A DNA stretch of 64,000 nt from Candidatus Daviesbacteria bacterium (GTDB taxonomy: Bacteria; Patescibacteriota; Microgenomatia; Daviesbacterales; UBA10151): NCBI GenBank assembly GCA_016176465.1, contig JACOXD010000010.1, forward strand, positions 7,497-71,496. Direction: 5' to 3'. The translations under genes and the position numbers were made by a program. Below the pieces are notes generated by a model. It was not told the DNA's origin, made no database searches, and saw only the letters and a program-made list of their open reading frames with translations. Shown one piece after another: positions 9,547 through 19,210 of this stretch (position 1 is its first letter; every line of letters starts with the position of its first letter).

Positions 9547-10536
9547 ATGGTAAATCAAGTTATTAAAGTTAAAAACTTAAGAAAATATTACAAGGTTCAC
9601 CAAAAAGAGCCTGGCTTAATTGGTTCTATAAAGTCTTTTTTCAGTAGGAAATATTATGATGTCAAAGCAGTAGAAAATGTCTCCTTTACCATAGATGAAG
9701 GAGAGCTGATTGGGTTTATTGGGCCAAACGGTGCAGGTAAAACTACAACCTTAAAAGTTCTATCTGGATTGCTTTATCCAACCTCAGGAGATGTATCAGT
9801 TTTAGGATATGAACCTTTCAAAAGACAAAGCGAATTTCAAAAACAATTTTCCTTAGTAATGGGTCAAAAAAACCAGTTATGGTGGGATCTGCCTCCTTGG
9901 GAGAGTTTTATTTTAAATAAAGAGATTTATGAAATTCCAGAAGAACAGTTTAAAAAGACAGTTGAGGAGCTCTCAAGAATGTTGGAAATTACTGATATTT
10001 TAAAAATCCAAGTTAGAAAGTTGTCTTTAGGACAGAGAATGAAAGCAGAGCTTGTGGCAGCGCTACTTCACAATCCCAAAGTTTTATTTTTAGATGAACC
10101 AACAATTGGTTTAGATGTATTAGCCCAAAAAAAGATGAGGGATTTTATCAAAGAGTATAATCTTAAATTTAATGCAACAATTATTTTAACTTCTCACTAC
10201 ATGGGAGATGTCAGGGAGCTTTGCAATAGGGTAATTATTATTGATAAGGGGCAAATATTATATGATGGTTTACTTGATGATATAGTCCAAAAATTTGCCC
10301 CTTATAAAGTTATTAAAGCTGATTTAGAAAAAGAAGTTGATGAAAAAAAATTATCAGGGGTTGGAGAGGTAAAAGAGTATCGAGACCTTCAAGTAATTAT
10401 TCATGTACCAAAAGATGAGGCAAGTAAGAAAGCTGCTAAACTTTTGGGGAAGTTTCCCGTAGCTGATTTAACAATTGAGGATCCTCCTATTGAAGATATA
10501 ATTAGAACTGTTTTTTCAAAGGGAATGGATATATGA
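9547..10536 (+). CDS. ABC transporter ATP-binding protein (ABC-2 type exporter)
   Basis: Walker A GPNGAGKTT, signature LSLGQRMK, Walker B LLFLDEPT. Confidence 0.85.
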   Translation: MVNQVIKVKNLRKYYKVHQKEPGLIGSIKSFFSRKYYDVKAVENVSFTIDEGELIGFIGPNGAGKTTTLKVLSGLLYPTSGDVSVLGYEPFKRQSEFQKQFSLVMGQKNQLWWDLPPWESFILNKEIYEIPEEQFKKTVEELSRMLEITDILKIQVRKLSLGQRMKAELVAALLHNPKVLFLDEPTIGLDVLAQKKMRDFIKEYNLKFNATIILTSHYMGDVRELCNRVIIIDKGQILYDGLLDDIVQKFAPYKVIKADLEKEVDEKKLSGVGEVKEYRDLQVIIHVPKDEASKKAAKLLGKFPVADLTIEDPPIEDIIRTVFSKGMDI

Positions 10537-10811
10537 CAAAACCTAAAGAAGATAAAAAATTTACTGTTCCAGAATCAATCATCAAGAACCTTTTAACCCC
10601 CTCTGAAATTAGGATGGTGAAAAATAGATATTTTATCATCCAGCTTTTATCTGAAGGTTTATCAATCAGGAGCGTTGCAAAAAAAGCAAAGGTAGGAACA
10701 GATACTGTTGTTAGAGTTGCCAGATTGATGGAGAAAAGCAACCTTAAAAAAAATATAGTAGTGAAAAAAACCTCAAAGACTTCTTGGGTTTTTGGCAAGG
10801 GTAATGAATAA
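10533..10811 (+). CDS. TrpR/YerC-YecD-like small DNA-binding protein
   Basis: 92 aa; HTH pattern SIRSVAKKAKVGTDTVVRVAR typical of TrpR-related YerC/YecD family; overlaps both neighbours by 4 and ~20 nt. Confidence 0.55.
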   Translation: MTKPKEDKKFTVPESIIKNLLTPSEIRMVKNRYFIIQLLSEGLSIRSVAKKAKVGTDTVVRVARLMEKSNLKKNIVVKKTSKTSWVFGKGNE

Positions 10812-11598
10812 ATATTTGGCGGTCTTCAAAATTAACTGGGAGAATGCCTTGGTTTATAGACTCAACTTTTCTTTATGGAGAGTGCGCTCAGTATTGCAAT
10901 TACTTTTAGTTTACTTTATTTGGTTTAGTGTTTTTCAATCACAACAAAGAATTTTTGGCTATGATCAAAGTTCGATATTAACTTATATTTTAATAGCGGC
11001 TTTGGTTAGGGCAATAGTTTTATCATCCCGGGTAATGGATGTGGCCAATGTAATTAACGAAGGGAGTGTTGCCAATTTTTTTCTAAAACCCATAAGTTTT
11101 ATTGGGTATTATTTTATCAGAGATCTCTCTGATAAGTTATTAAATATTTCTTTTGTTATATTTGAGCTCGCATTAATTCTTTTTCTTCTTAAACCCTCAA
11201 TTCTTATCCAAAAAAATTTATCTATTCTAGCCCTTTTTTTATTAGCCGTTTTTTTAGGGTTATTTCTATTTTTTATAATTTCTTTTATTGTAGGTTTAAT
11301 GTCATTTTGGGTAGAAAATTCTTGGGGTTTGTTTTTTTTAATGTATATATTCCTTGAAACTTTTGGAGGAGGAATATTCCCAATAGATATTTTGCCAAGT
11401 CCCTATTCTCAAATATTTTTAATCGCCCCATTTCCTTATCTTCTTTATTTCCCTGCCAAAATATACTTGGGAACACTCGCAGTCCCAGAGCTCGTTAAAG
11501 GCTTTTTTATTCTTTCTTTTTGGATAATTGTTTTGTATTTTTTAATGGTTAAACTTTATCGCGCTGGTATAAGGCAATACAGCGCTGTTGGTCATTAA
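10792..11598 (+). CDS. ABC-2 family transporter permease
   Basis: 6 TM segments; follows ABC ATPase; TTG start (alternative ATG at ~10804). Confidence 0.6.
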   Translation: MARVMNKYLAVFKINWENALVYRLNFSLWRVRSVLQLLLVYFIWFSVFQSQQRIFGYDQSSILTYILIAALVRAIVLSSRVMDVANVINEGSVANFFLKPISFIGYYFIRDLSDKLLNISFVIFELALILFLLKPSILIQKNLSILALFLLAVFLGLFLFFIISFIVGLMSFWVENSWGLFFLMYIFLETFGGGIFPIDILPSPYSQIFLIAPFPYLLYFPAKIYLGTLAVPELVKGFFILSFWIIVLYFLMVKLYRAGIRQYSAVGH

Positions 11599-11599
11599 A

Positions 11600-12388
11600 A
11601 TGAAAAAATTCTATAAATATTTAAAGGTTTGGTGGATCTATGCTGTTAATACTTTACAAATTCAATTGGTTGTTCGCTGGGCAGTTGCCCTCTTCTTAAT
11701 AGCTAAACTTTTAAGGTTTGGAATATTCTTATTTTTTATTATTATTTTAGTTTCTCAGACTAGAGTTTTAGCAGGATACAGTTTGGATCAAACAATACTA
11801 TTTTTTTTATCTTTTAACTTAGTTGATATCTTAGCTCAAATGTTATTTAGGGAAGTATATCGATTTAGGCAAGCGATAGTTTCAGGAACTTTTGATTTTT
11901 ATTTAATGAAGCCGATTAATGTTTTGTTTAGGTCACTCCTTGGAGGACCTGATATTATTGATTTTATTACTTTAATTCCCTTAATTTGGGCAATAGTATA
12001 TTTTATTAATAGTTTAGATATTTCTTCCATAAATTTATTTATCTATATATTTCTTATAATTGCTGGATTTATTATTAGCATGGCCTTTCATATACTAGTT
12101 TTATCTTTGGCTGTTGTGACAACAGAAATAGATAGCGCAGTGCTTTTATATAGAGACGTCTCCGGAATGGGAAGAGTGCCAATTGATATTTATAAGGAAC
12201 CTATTCGGGGACTGTTAACTTTCGTGATTCCTGTTGGAATTATGATGACATTCCCCACTAAATCACTACTCGGATTGCTTTCTCCGCTAAGTATTTTATA
12301 TGCTTTTTTGTTTTCAATTGTATTTTTATTTACATCCTTAAAAGTTTGGCATCAAGCTGTATTAAAATATTCCTCCGCCAGTAGTTAA
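11600..12388 (+). CDS. ABC-2 family transporter permease (second subunit)
   Basis: 6 TM segments; ATG immediately after stop of previous permease (alternative TTG at 11588). Confidence 0.6.
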   Translation: MKKFYKYLKVWWIYAVNTLQIQLVVRWAVALFLIAKLLRFGIFLFFIIILVSQTRVLAGYSLDQTILFFLSFNLVDILAQMLFREVYRFRQAIVSGTFDFYLMKPINVLFRSLLGGPDIIDFITLIPLIWAIVYFINSLDISSINLFIYIFLIIAGFIISMAFHILVLSLAVVTTEIDSAVLLYRDVSGMGRVPIDIYKEPIRGLLTFVIPVGIMMTFPTKSLLGLLSPLSILYAFLFSIVFLFTSLKVWHQAVLKYSSASS

Positions 12389-13644
12389 AAAGGATTTTTT
12401 GTTAAATTAGTAAGGAAAAAATATTCAAGTAGGTTTTTTGGTAAAGGAATGCCAACTAAAATTGGAAAGGTAAGTAAAAATCCAAATAAAATCAAAAATA
12501 AAAGTAAAGTAGCATATTTTTTGTAAGAGTTATTTTCATATAAATGGTTTAGTTGATACCCAAGTGCTAAAGATAAAAAAGGAATTGAAGGGCTATAATG
12601 ATAAAGAAACATTATGCGTGGGGAAAAAGCCCAAGGAAGTAAAAAAACAAAATATCCCGCCAATATAATGAATAAGGCAAAAGACCTTCTTCTTAAAAAC
12701 TCAATAAATGAAAGTATTATTGCAACAACTCCACTGTAAAAAACGACTATATTACCAGATGCAAAAATATTAGAAATTGAATTTTTATGATAATCAACAA
12801 AATACCAAACCGGGTATAAATTAAATGGCCAGCTCCACCAAGGTGAAGAATAATCATGGGAGGCTTTTAAGCCGGTATGATACCAGAACATTTGTTTTTG
12901 CAGCTCTATAAATTGGGAAAAATTATGACCAAGTGTAAAAAAAGGAATATAAGTTATTAAATAAATGGCTGGCGGTATAGAAAGAAAGTAGATTAATTTT
13001 TTTAGAAAATTAAGATTTATTTTTTTGCTATGGTTTTGAAAGGTAAATATTAAAAAAAGGAATAAATAAAGATAGAGGGCGCTCCATTTTGAGGAAAGAG
13101 ATAAGCCTAAAAAAACAGAAGAAAGAAAATACTTTTTTTTAAAAAAAAATAGTAAACAAAAAAGCGCAAACGTTATAAAATAAATATCATTCATTCCTAT
13201 CCTTGATTGGACAAAATTTAATCCGTCAAAGGAAAATACAAATGCAGAAAATAAAGCCAAAGTAGTATTTTTAAAAAGAAATGAGGCTATTTGATATATT
13301 AATAGAATAGAAATTAATCCAAGGATTACACCCGGAATTCTCCATGCCCAAGCATCAGTTGATTGAAGTACAAACATGGAAGCAGTCATTATTTCTTTTG
13401 CTAGTGGTGGATGAGTCCACTCAAAAGCAACATCTTCAGGAGGCTTTGTCCACCACTCCCAGGCTTCTTTTGACCCCTTTAAATACTCCTTGGCTGTAAA
13501 TGCGTGATAAACCTCATCAAATACGAAAGAGTTGGGATAATCCAGCCTAAAAAAGCGCAAAAAAGCACTAAACAATATAAGAATCACTAACAGTTTTTTT
13601 ACTCGTAGGAAACCTCTGAATATAGAGAGTTTATTTTTTAGCAT
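12385..13644 (-). CDS. GT-C glycosyltransferase family 39 (protein O-mannosyltransferase PMT-like)
   Basis: Loop-1 motif FVFDEVYHAFTAKEY (catalytic DE of GT39) followed by many TM helices. Confidence 0.65.
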   Translation of the reverse strand: MLKNKLSIFRGFLRVKKLLVILILFSAFLRFFRLDYPNSFVFDEVYHAFTAKEYLKGSKEAWEWWTKPPEDVAFEWTHPPLAKEIMTASMFVLQSTDAWAWRIPGVILGLISILLIYQIASFLFKNTTLALFSAFVFSFDGLNFVQSRIGMNDIYFITFALFCLLFFFKKKYFLSSVFLGLSLSSKWSALYLYLFLFLIFTFQNHSKKINLNFLKKLIYFLSIPPAIYLITYIPFFTLGHNFSQFIELQKQMFWYHTGLKASHDYSSPWWSWPFNLYPVWYFVDYHKNSISNIFASGNIVVFYSGVVAIILSFIEFLRRRSFALFIILAGYFVFLLPWAFSPRIMFLYHYSPSIPFLSLALGYQLNHLYENNSYKKYATLLLFLILFGFLLTFPILVGIPLPKNLLEYFFLTNLTKNPF

Positions 13645-14860
13645 AGACTTCTTTTATAATGATAATTGTAACTAAATAAAAAATAACTGTTGAGAGTAGT
13701 GATAATATTTTGGAATAATCCTGCGCAAAAAAGTATAGAAAAGGTATATATAGAACTTTTGGCAAACTTAAGTAAAATTCATTGTAATAAATATAAACAT
13801 AATAAAGATTTAAGAAATGGATTAAAGATAAAATAAAATAAAGCAAAATAAGCCACTTATTTTTTATTTGAATTGCAAAAATTATTAAAAATATTAGGGC
13901 TGGGTAAAGATATCTTTCATGGACTCTAGTTGGTAAGAAAAAAAAGCTTAAGAAAGCCAAAGTGGAAAGACTGAAAAAGAAAAACTTTCTTTTGAAATAA
14001 GAATAAAAAATAATCAGCCAATAAAATATTAACAATATATAACCCCAGTGCTTATAAGAGATACCCTGCCAGATTGTTGAATCATTAATCCAAAATCCAA
14101 TCATGCCCCAAAAATTGTATGCATAAAGACTAATGAATTGATAATCTTCAACCATTCTAAAAAAAAGTTTCCAGATTCCCAATATAGGCTCAGATGGAAA
14201 AAAAGGAAGTGATAGAAAAAAAATGACAGCTATTGAAGACAAAGTTAATTGCAAAAAATGCCTTAAGCTTGGATATTTTAACAGATAAAAACAATAAACA
14301 GGAACTAACGCAATAGCTTGGGGTTTAATTAATATGGCTAATGCAATAAAAATTGAGGAAAGAGTAAGCCTTTTTGAATTTAAATAATAGATACTTAGAA
14401 ATAAAAATAAAGTTAAAATGGAATCAATTTGTCCCCAAATACTACTATTAAATAAAAATGCTGGATTAAATAAAACTACGATTGCAGCAAATAGCGCCAG
14501 CTTTTTCTTTCCCAATAGCTTAAATACTAAAAATGCAAGAATTAAATCTGCAATGATTGCCGGCATTTTTAATAAGTAGTAAAAGTTATAATCAGTAATA
14601 CTAAAAAAATTTTTAAAAGCACCTAAAAAAGCTAAGATGTATAAATACCCTGGAAGATAATTTGTCCAAACCTCATCTGAGTAAAATTTAGAAAACCCGA
14701 ACTCATTTAATCTAACTGCCCAGGCAAACCATGCACTCATATCAATCACCATCCCTGGGAGTGTTGCTAAAGTAAGTCTAATAATTAAAGCAACTATAAA
14801 AACAAATATCGTAATTTTTGCCATCTTTGACAATTTAGAACAAAAAAAGGAAATATTCAA
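13631..14860 (-). CDS. GT-C fold glycosyltransferase-like polytopic membrane protein
   Basis: ~11 TM helices, loop motif FYSDEVWTNYLPGY; adjacent and overlapping with GT39 gene. Confidence 0.5.
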   Translation of the reverse strand: MNISFFCSKLSKMAKITIFVFIVALIIRLTLATLPGMVIDMSAWFAWAVRLNEFGFSKFYSDEVWTNYLPGYLYILAFLGAFKNFFSITDYNFYYLLKMPAIIADLILAFLVFKLLGKKKLALFAAIVVLFNPAFLFNSSIWGQIDSILTLFLFLSIYYLNSKRLTLSSIFIALAILIKPQAIALVPVYCFYLLKYPSLRHFLQLTLSSIAVIFFLSLPFFPSEPILGIWKLFFRMVEDYQFISLYAYNFWGMIGFWINDSTIWQGISYKHWGYILLIFYWLIIFYSYFKRKFFFFSLSTLAFLSFFFLPTRVHERYLYPALIFLIIFAIQIKNKWLILLYFILSLIHFLNLYYVYIYYNEFYLSLPKVLYIPFLYFFAQDYSKILSLLSTVIFYLVTIIIIKEVYAKK

Positions 14861-14868
14861 TCTATAGA

Positions 14869-16125
14869 GTGAATACGTTATTATCTACAGTAATGAATAT
14901 GTTAGTCAAAAAATCTTGGATTTTATACTTACCTTTTTTAACACTTGGAATATTGATATTTCAATCCACACTCCCTTTGTGGTTTGGACATATTTCTACA
15001 GATACTTATGTCTATTATAATAGAGCAAGCTATTTTTTTAACAATCTTAACCTGGCTGATTTCGAGGGAAATGAGCATCTGCCAGGAGCAATCATTTATT
15101 TTATTTTAGCAACCCCTGCATTTTTCTTTAAGTCAACTTGGGAAAGTTATGTTTGGGGCTTTATAACTGTCAATTCAATTGCCACTTTAATAATAGATTT
15201 TTTTATTGCAAAAATTGCAGGATTAAAAAATATATTATTTTTATCCTTAATTTTATTATCAGTTGGCCCGATCTCTCTTTTTAGGTTTGATCTTTTAGTT
15301 GTTTTATTAACTATAATTTCTTTCTATTTTTTTATAAAAGAAAAAAATTTAAAATCTGCTTTCTTTCTTGGAAGTGCAACTTTAGTAAAAATATACCCAG
15401 TAATTTTTTTACCCTATTTACTCTATTTAATATATAAAAAACAAAATATTTTAGAAACTCTTAAATTTTTTTCTACTTATATATTAAGCCTAGTAGGTTT
15501 ACTGTGGCTTTATGTGCTTTTTTTTCAAGTTAGCATGGAAAATATTCTATTTAGTCTAACTTTTCATACATTAAAACCGGTACATACAGAGAGTCTTTGG
15601 ACAACCATCTTAACTATCTATTCGTATCTGGTTAATAATACTTACCCTGAAATTGTTAGTGCCTGGGGAATAAATGGGTTAGCAGAAAAATATTGGCTAC
15701 TACCGCTTTGGTTTTACAACTACGCCTGGGTTTTACCTGTGGGATTGTTTTATATATGGCTTCTTAAAAATAGAAAAAAATTTGAAAATTTTGATATTAG
15801 GATACCAATCTTGATTGTTTTACTTTTTTTAATATTCTCTAAAGTGCTGTCTCACCAATATCTTCTTTGGTTTTTATTACTAATTCCCCTTTTAAACTAT
15901 AAAAGATTAATGAGTAGAGCTTGGATTGTAAATATTTTTTTAATCCTACTAACTAATCTATTACATCAATATATTTATCCTTTAAATTACACACAATTCT
16001 TAAATGATTATTACAACCATAATGTTCTTTCAAGCTATTTATTTTGGCTAAATGCTTTAAGTAATTTAATTTTAGTGATTATTTTTTGGAGAATTTTTAG
16101 GGAAATAAAAATTAAAGATGATTAA
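14869..16125 (+). CDS. Polytopic membrane protein, putative GT-C glycosyltransferase (GT87/DUF2029-like)
   Basis: ~12 TM helices; same architecture as 5076-6455. Confidence 0.45.
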   Translation: MNTLLSTVMNMLVKKSWILYLPFLTLGILIFQSTLPLWFGHISTDTYVYYNRASYFFNNLNLADFEGNEHLPGAIIYFILATPAFFFKSTWESYVWGFITVNSIATLIIDFFIAKIAGLKNILFLSLILLSVGPISLFRFDLLVVLLTIISFYFFIKEKNLKSAFFLGSATLVKIYPVIFLPYLLYLIYKKQNILETLKFFSTYILSLVGLLWLYVLFFQVSMENILFSLTFHTLKPVHTESLWTTILTIYSYLVNNTYPEIVSAWGINGLAEKYWLLPLWFYNYAWVLPVGLFYIWLLKNRKKFENFDIRIPILIVLLFLIFSKVLSHQYLLWFLLLIPLLNYKRLMSRAWIVNIFLILLTNLLHQYIYPLNYTQFLNDYYNHNVLSSYLFWLNALSNLILVIIFWRIFREIKIKDD

Positions 16126-17116
16126 GCAAAGCTTCTCTACGAGTAAAAAAATCCTGGTAATCTTGGGTCCAACTGCAACTGGTAAAACTGATTTAGCTTT
16201 AAGTGTGGCAAAAGAATTTAATGGAGAATTGGTAGCTGCTGACTCCAGACAAGTATACACTTGTTTAGATATTGGAACCGGTAAGTATCCAAGTAAAATT
16301 CCCCTTTGGGGGGGCGATGTAAAAAGGCAAAAATATTACTGGGAAATTGATGGGGTAAAGATCTGGATGTATGACATGGTTGATCCAAAGACTCAATACA
16401 GCGCTTTTGATTATGTTAAAGATGCTATGAGGGTTGTTGAGGATATTTCTAAAAGAGAATTACTGCCTATTATAGTAGGAGGGACTGGGTTTTATTTAAG
16501 AGCTTTAATAGATGGATTCTCCAATTTAGCCATTCCCGTAAATCAAAAGTTAAGAAGGGAGTTAGAGAAGTTAAATTTAGAGAAGTTGCAAAATAAATTA
16601 AGATTACTCTCCCCTGGTATATGGGAGGAGTTAAATGAATCTGATAGAAAAAACCCACGTCGACTCCTCCGTTCAATTGAGTGCTTATCTATGTATCCAT
16701 ACGCTAATAAACCTCAAATTCCAAATCTTAAATCGCAAAATTATAATATTTTAAAAATTGGTCTCGCTGCTCCTAAGCCCTTTTTGTATGAAAAAATAAA
16801 TTCCAGAGTTTTAGGATGGATTAAAGAAGGATTGATTGAGGAAGCATTAACTATCCATAAACAAGGTCTAAGCTTTAAGAGGATGGATGAACTTGGGCTA
16901 GAGTTTAAATATTTGGCAAAGTATCTTAAAGGGGATATAAATAAGGAGTCTCTTATTAGAGAAATTCAAGCTTCAACTCGAAGATATGCTAAAAGACAAC
17001 TTACTTGGTTTAAAAAAGAAAAAGATATTAAATGGTTTGATGTCTCTAAAAATAATTGGGATGCTTTAGTGGAAAAGTTAGTTTCTGATTGGTACAATAA
17101 CCTCTATGATTCGTAA
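16118..17116 (+). CDS. miaA: tRNA dimethylallyltransferase
   Basis: P-loop GPTATGKT, ADSRQVY, DIGTGK motifs. Confidence 0.9.
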   Translation: MIKQSFSTSKKILVILGPTATGKTDLALSVAKEFNGELVAADSRQVYTCLDIGTGKYPSKIPLWGGDVKRQKYYWEIDGVKIWMYDMVDPKTQYSAFDYVKDAMRVVEDISKRELLPIIVGGTGFYLRALIDGFSNLAIPVNQKLRRELEKLNLEKLQNKLRLLSPGIWEELNESDRKNPRRLLRSIECLSMYPYANKPQIPNLKSQNYNILKIGLAAPKPFLYEKINSRVLGWIKEGLIEEALTIHKQGLSFKRMDELGLEFKYLAKYLKGDINKESLIREIQASTRRYAKRQLTWFKKEKDIKWFDVSKNNWDALVEKLVSDWYNNLYDS

Positions 17117-18113
17117 GATTGATATTTCGCATAAAACTATATTTTTTATCGCGGGTTTTTTGGGGTTGCTTTGGGTACTCTACCAAATTAGAGATGTAAT
17201 AATTTTACTGTTTGTGGCGATCATTTTTATGTCAGCGCTGTCTCCATATGTAGAAAAAATGATGACTTGGAGAGTCCCGAAAGCATTAGCGATCACAATT
17301 GTTTATTTAGTTGTCATTTCTTTACTTGGTCTACTTTTGATATTGGTAATAAGGCCATTAATAGAACAAACCTCCAATTTAACTACCAGTTTGCCTGCAA
17401 CCCTAGAAACTATATTACCCCCAGGAACGATAAATAGAAACCTCTTAGAGGATAGATTGGGTGACTTTTTTGGTAATGTACCTAATGTAATATTGACAAT
17501 TTTTTCCAATATTCTTGCCATAATTTCTGTTACAGTTTTAACTTTTTACCTTTTGATTGATAAAAAAAGATTTGAAAGGTTGCTTTCCCAGGTTTTTGTT
17601 CCCCAGCAAGATAGAGCAAGAGGGATAATTGAAAAGATTGAAGAAAAATTAGGAGCGTGGCTACGTGGACAAATAGTTTTAAGTATCGTAATTGGCACGT
17701 TGTCTTATTTATTACTTTTTGCGCTAGGGGTTGATTATGCGCTTCCTTTGGCAATTTTGGCCGGAGTAATGGAGGTTGTTCCGGTTATTGGCCCCATAAT
17801 TTCTGCTATTCCAGCAGTATTAATTGCCTATATTATAAATCCTCCTTTGGCAATTGCAGTTGCAGTTGGGTATTTTTTAATTCAACAATTGGAAAATAAT
17901 ATAATTGTTCCACAAGTTATGAAAAGGGCTGTCGGACTAAATCCGCTAGTTGTAATTGTTGCCATTGCGATTGGTGGTAGATTGCTAGGGATATCTGGGG
18001 CATTGTTGGCAGTGCCTATAACCGTTTTGGTTCAAATTATAGCGGAGGAGTTATTGAATCTAGATTTGGGTTCAAGACCTTTGACCAAAAATAATACTCC
18101 AAAGAGTGTTTAA
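17106..18113 (+). CDS. AI-2E family transporter (PerM/UPF0118)
   Basis: 8 TM helices, conserved C-terminal LGISGALLAVP motif. Confidence 0.8.
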   Translation: MIRKIDISHKTIFFIAGFLGLLWVLYQIRDVIILLFVAIIFMSALSPYVEKMMTWRVPKALAITIVYLVVISLLGLLLILVIRPLIEQTSNLTTSLPATLETILPPGTINRNLLEDRLGDFFGNVPNVILTIFSNILAIISVTVLTFYLLIDKKRFERLLSQVFVPQQDRARGIIEKIEEKLGAWLRGQIVLSIVIGTLSYLLLFALGVDYALPLAILAGVMEVVPVIGPIISAIPAVLIAYIINPPLAIAVAVGYFLIQQLENNIIVPQVMKRAVGLNPLVVIVAIAIGGRLLGISGALLAVPITVLVQIIAEELLNLDLGSRPLTKNNTPKSV

Positions 18114-18125
18114 CTAATAATTTGT

Positions 18126-18524
18126 GCTTAGGAAGCTTGTAAGCCAGATTCTGTTTTAGGCAGAATTTATCTGTAAGAGAGGCTTCGCCTCATCTAATGC
18201 TCCTGATTCCAACTATTAGTGCGAGCAGCTTAGTTGATTCTAGGATTGCAGCGGGGAGGATTGCCCTTCGACTCACTCTGTTCGCTCAGGGTTAAAACCC
18301 ATTGCTAATTAGTAAATCAAATACCCGTGTCGCTTGGTCGTTTCATCTGGCGCCACCCAGTTCGTCACTGTTGCTCTAACTAGGCCTTAGCCTTCGACTT
18401 CGCTCAGGCTACCCTGACTCCTATCGAAGGGTACAGCTTCCGGCTTGCACCGGACACCCTGCTCTATGCTGTCTGGACTTTCCTGTCCGATATAAATCGG
18501 ACTACTGCCCATCTTCCTAAGCTT
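18126..18524 (-). ncRNA. rnpB: RNase P RNA (bacterial type A)
   Basis: On minus strand: P1 pairing GCUUAGGAAG...CUUCCUAAGC; CR-I AGGAAAGUCCAGAC..AUAGAGCAGGGUG; CR-V ACAGAAUCUGGCUUA near 3' end; GC-rich island in AT-rich DNA; not in ORF track. Confidence 0.85.
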
Positions 18525-18582
18525 ACTAATTATACATTTTTTTAAATCTAAATTCAAAAAATTATGTGTTAAACTAAAATAG

Positions 18583-19158
18583 ATGACTGGAAGAACACAT
18601 GATTTGGCGGCATTCACTGCACTAAACTATGTAATTATCTCGCAACCTCTTCAAGAGATATCCCTGTCTACAAGCTTAGTAGCGCTTGGAGCTAACTTGC
18701 TGGGGGGACTCGCACCTGATTTAGATCAATCTACCTCCAATTTTTGGCGTTTTGTGCGGGGAGGATCTTTTTTTTCCAGATTAATATCCCCACTTTTAGG
18801 AGGTCATAGATTTATTTCCCACTCAATACTTGGTGTTATTTTATTTGGGGTTTTAATAAAACAGCTTTTAGGGTTGCTTAGTGATGTTTTATTGGTTGAC
18901 ATGGAAATTGTTTGGTGGGCATTTATGATTGGGTTTATTTCTCATTTGGCAATAGATACTTTCACCAAAGAAGGAGTTCCGTGGTTATTCCCAATTCCAA
19001 TCCGTTTTGGAATCCCACCACTTAAGTTTTTAAGAATTAAAACAGGAGGATTACTTGAAAAGTCTTTACTCTTTCCCGGACTTTTAATTTTAAACGGCTA
19101 CTTATTTTATATTCACTATCATAAATTTCTGGATTTTCTCCGCCAATATATAAGATAG
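18583..19158 (+). CDS. Membrane-bound metal-dependent hydrolase YdjM family (DUF457)
   Basis: MTGRTHDLAAF..., His-rich TM segments HRFISHSILG, ISHLAIDTFTKEG. Confidence 0.7.
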   Translation: MTGRTHDLAAFTALNYVIISQPLQEISLSTSLVALGANLLGGLAPDLDQSTSNFWRFVRGGSFFSRLISPLLGGHRFISHSILGVILFGVLIKQLLGLLSDVLLVDMEIVWWAFMIGFISHLAIDTFTKEGVPWLFPIPIRFGIPPLKFLRIKTGGLLEKSLLFPGLLILNGYLFYIHYHKFLDFLRQYIR

Positions 19159-19175
19159 ATATATTTGCATTTAGA

Positions 19176-19204
19176 TTGACAAATTGAATCATTTGTTTTA
19201 TGTT
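19176..19204 (+). promoter_or_regulatory. Sigma70-like promoter TTGACA-17-TATGTT
   Basis: Consensus -35 with 17-nt spacer, read directly. Confidence 0.4.
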
Positions 19205-19210
19205 TAGGGT

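Noticed and set aside
18390-18410. GCCUGAGCGAAGUCGAAGG within RNase P RNA resembling the repeat-family core CTGAGCGAAGCGAAG
   Set aside because: 15/16 match, but a single occurrence inside a conserved structured RNA. It could be coincidence, so it is not used as evidence for the origin of the repeat family.
18387-18617. 76-aa ORF on minus strand
   Set aside because: Lies entirely within or over the RNase P RNA gene; its GC-rich composition is due to the structured RNA.
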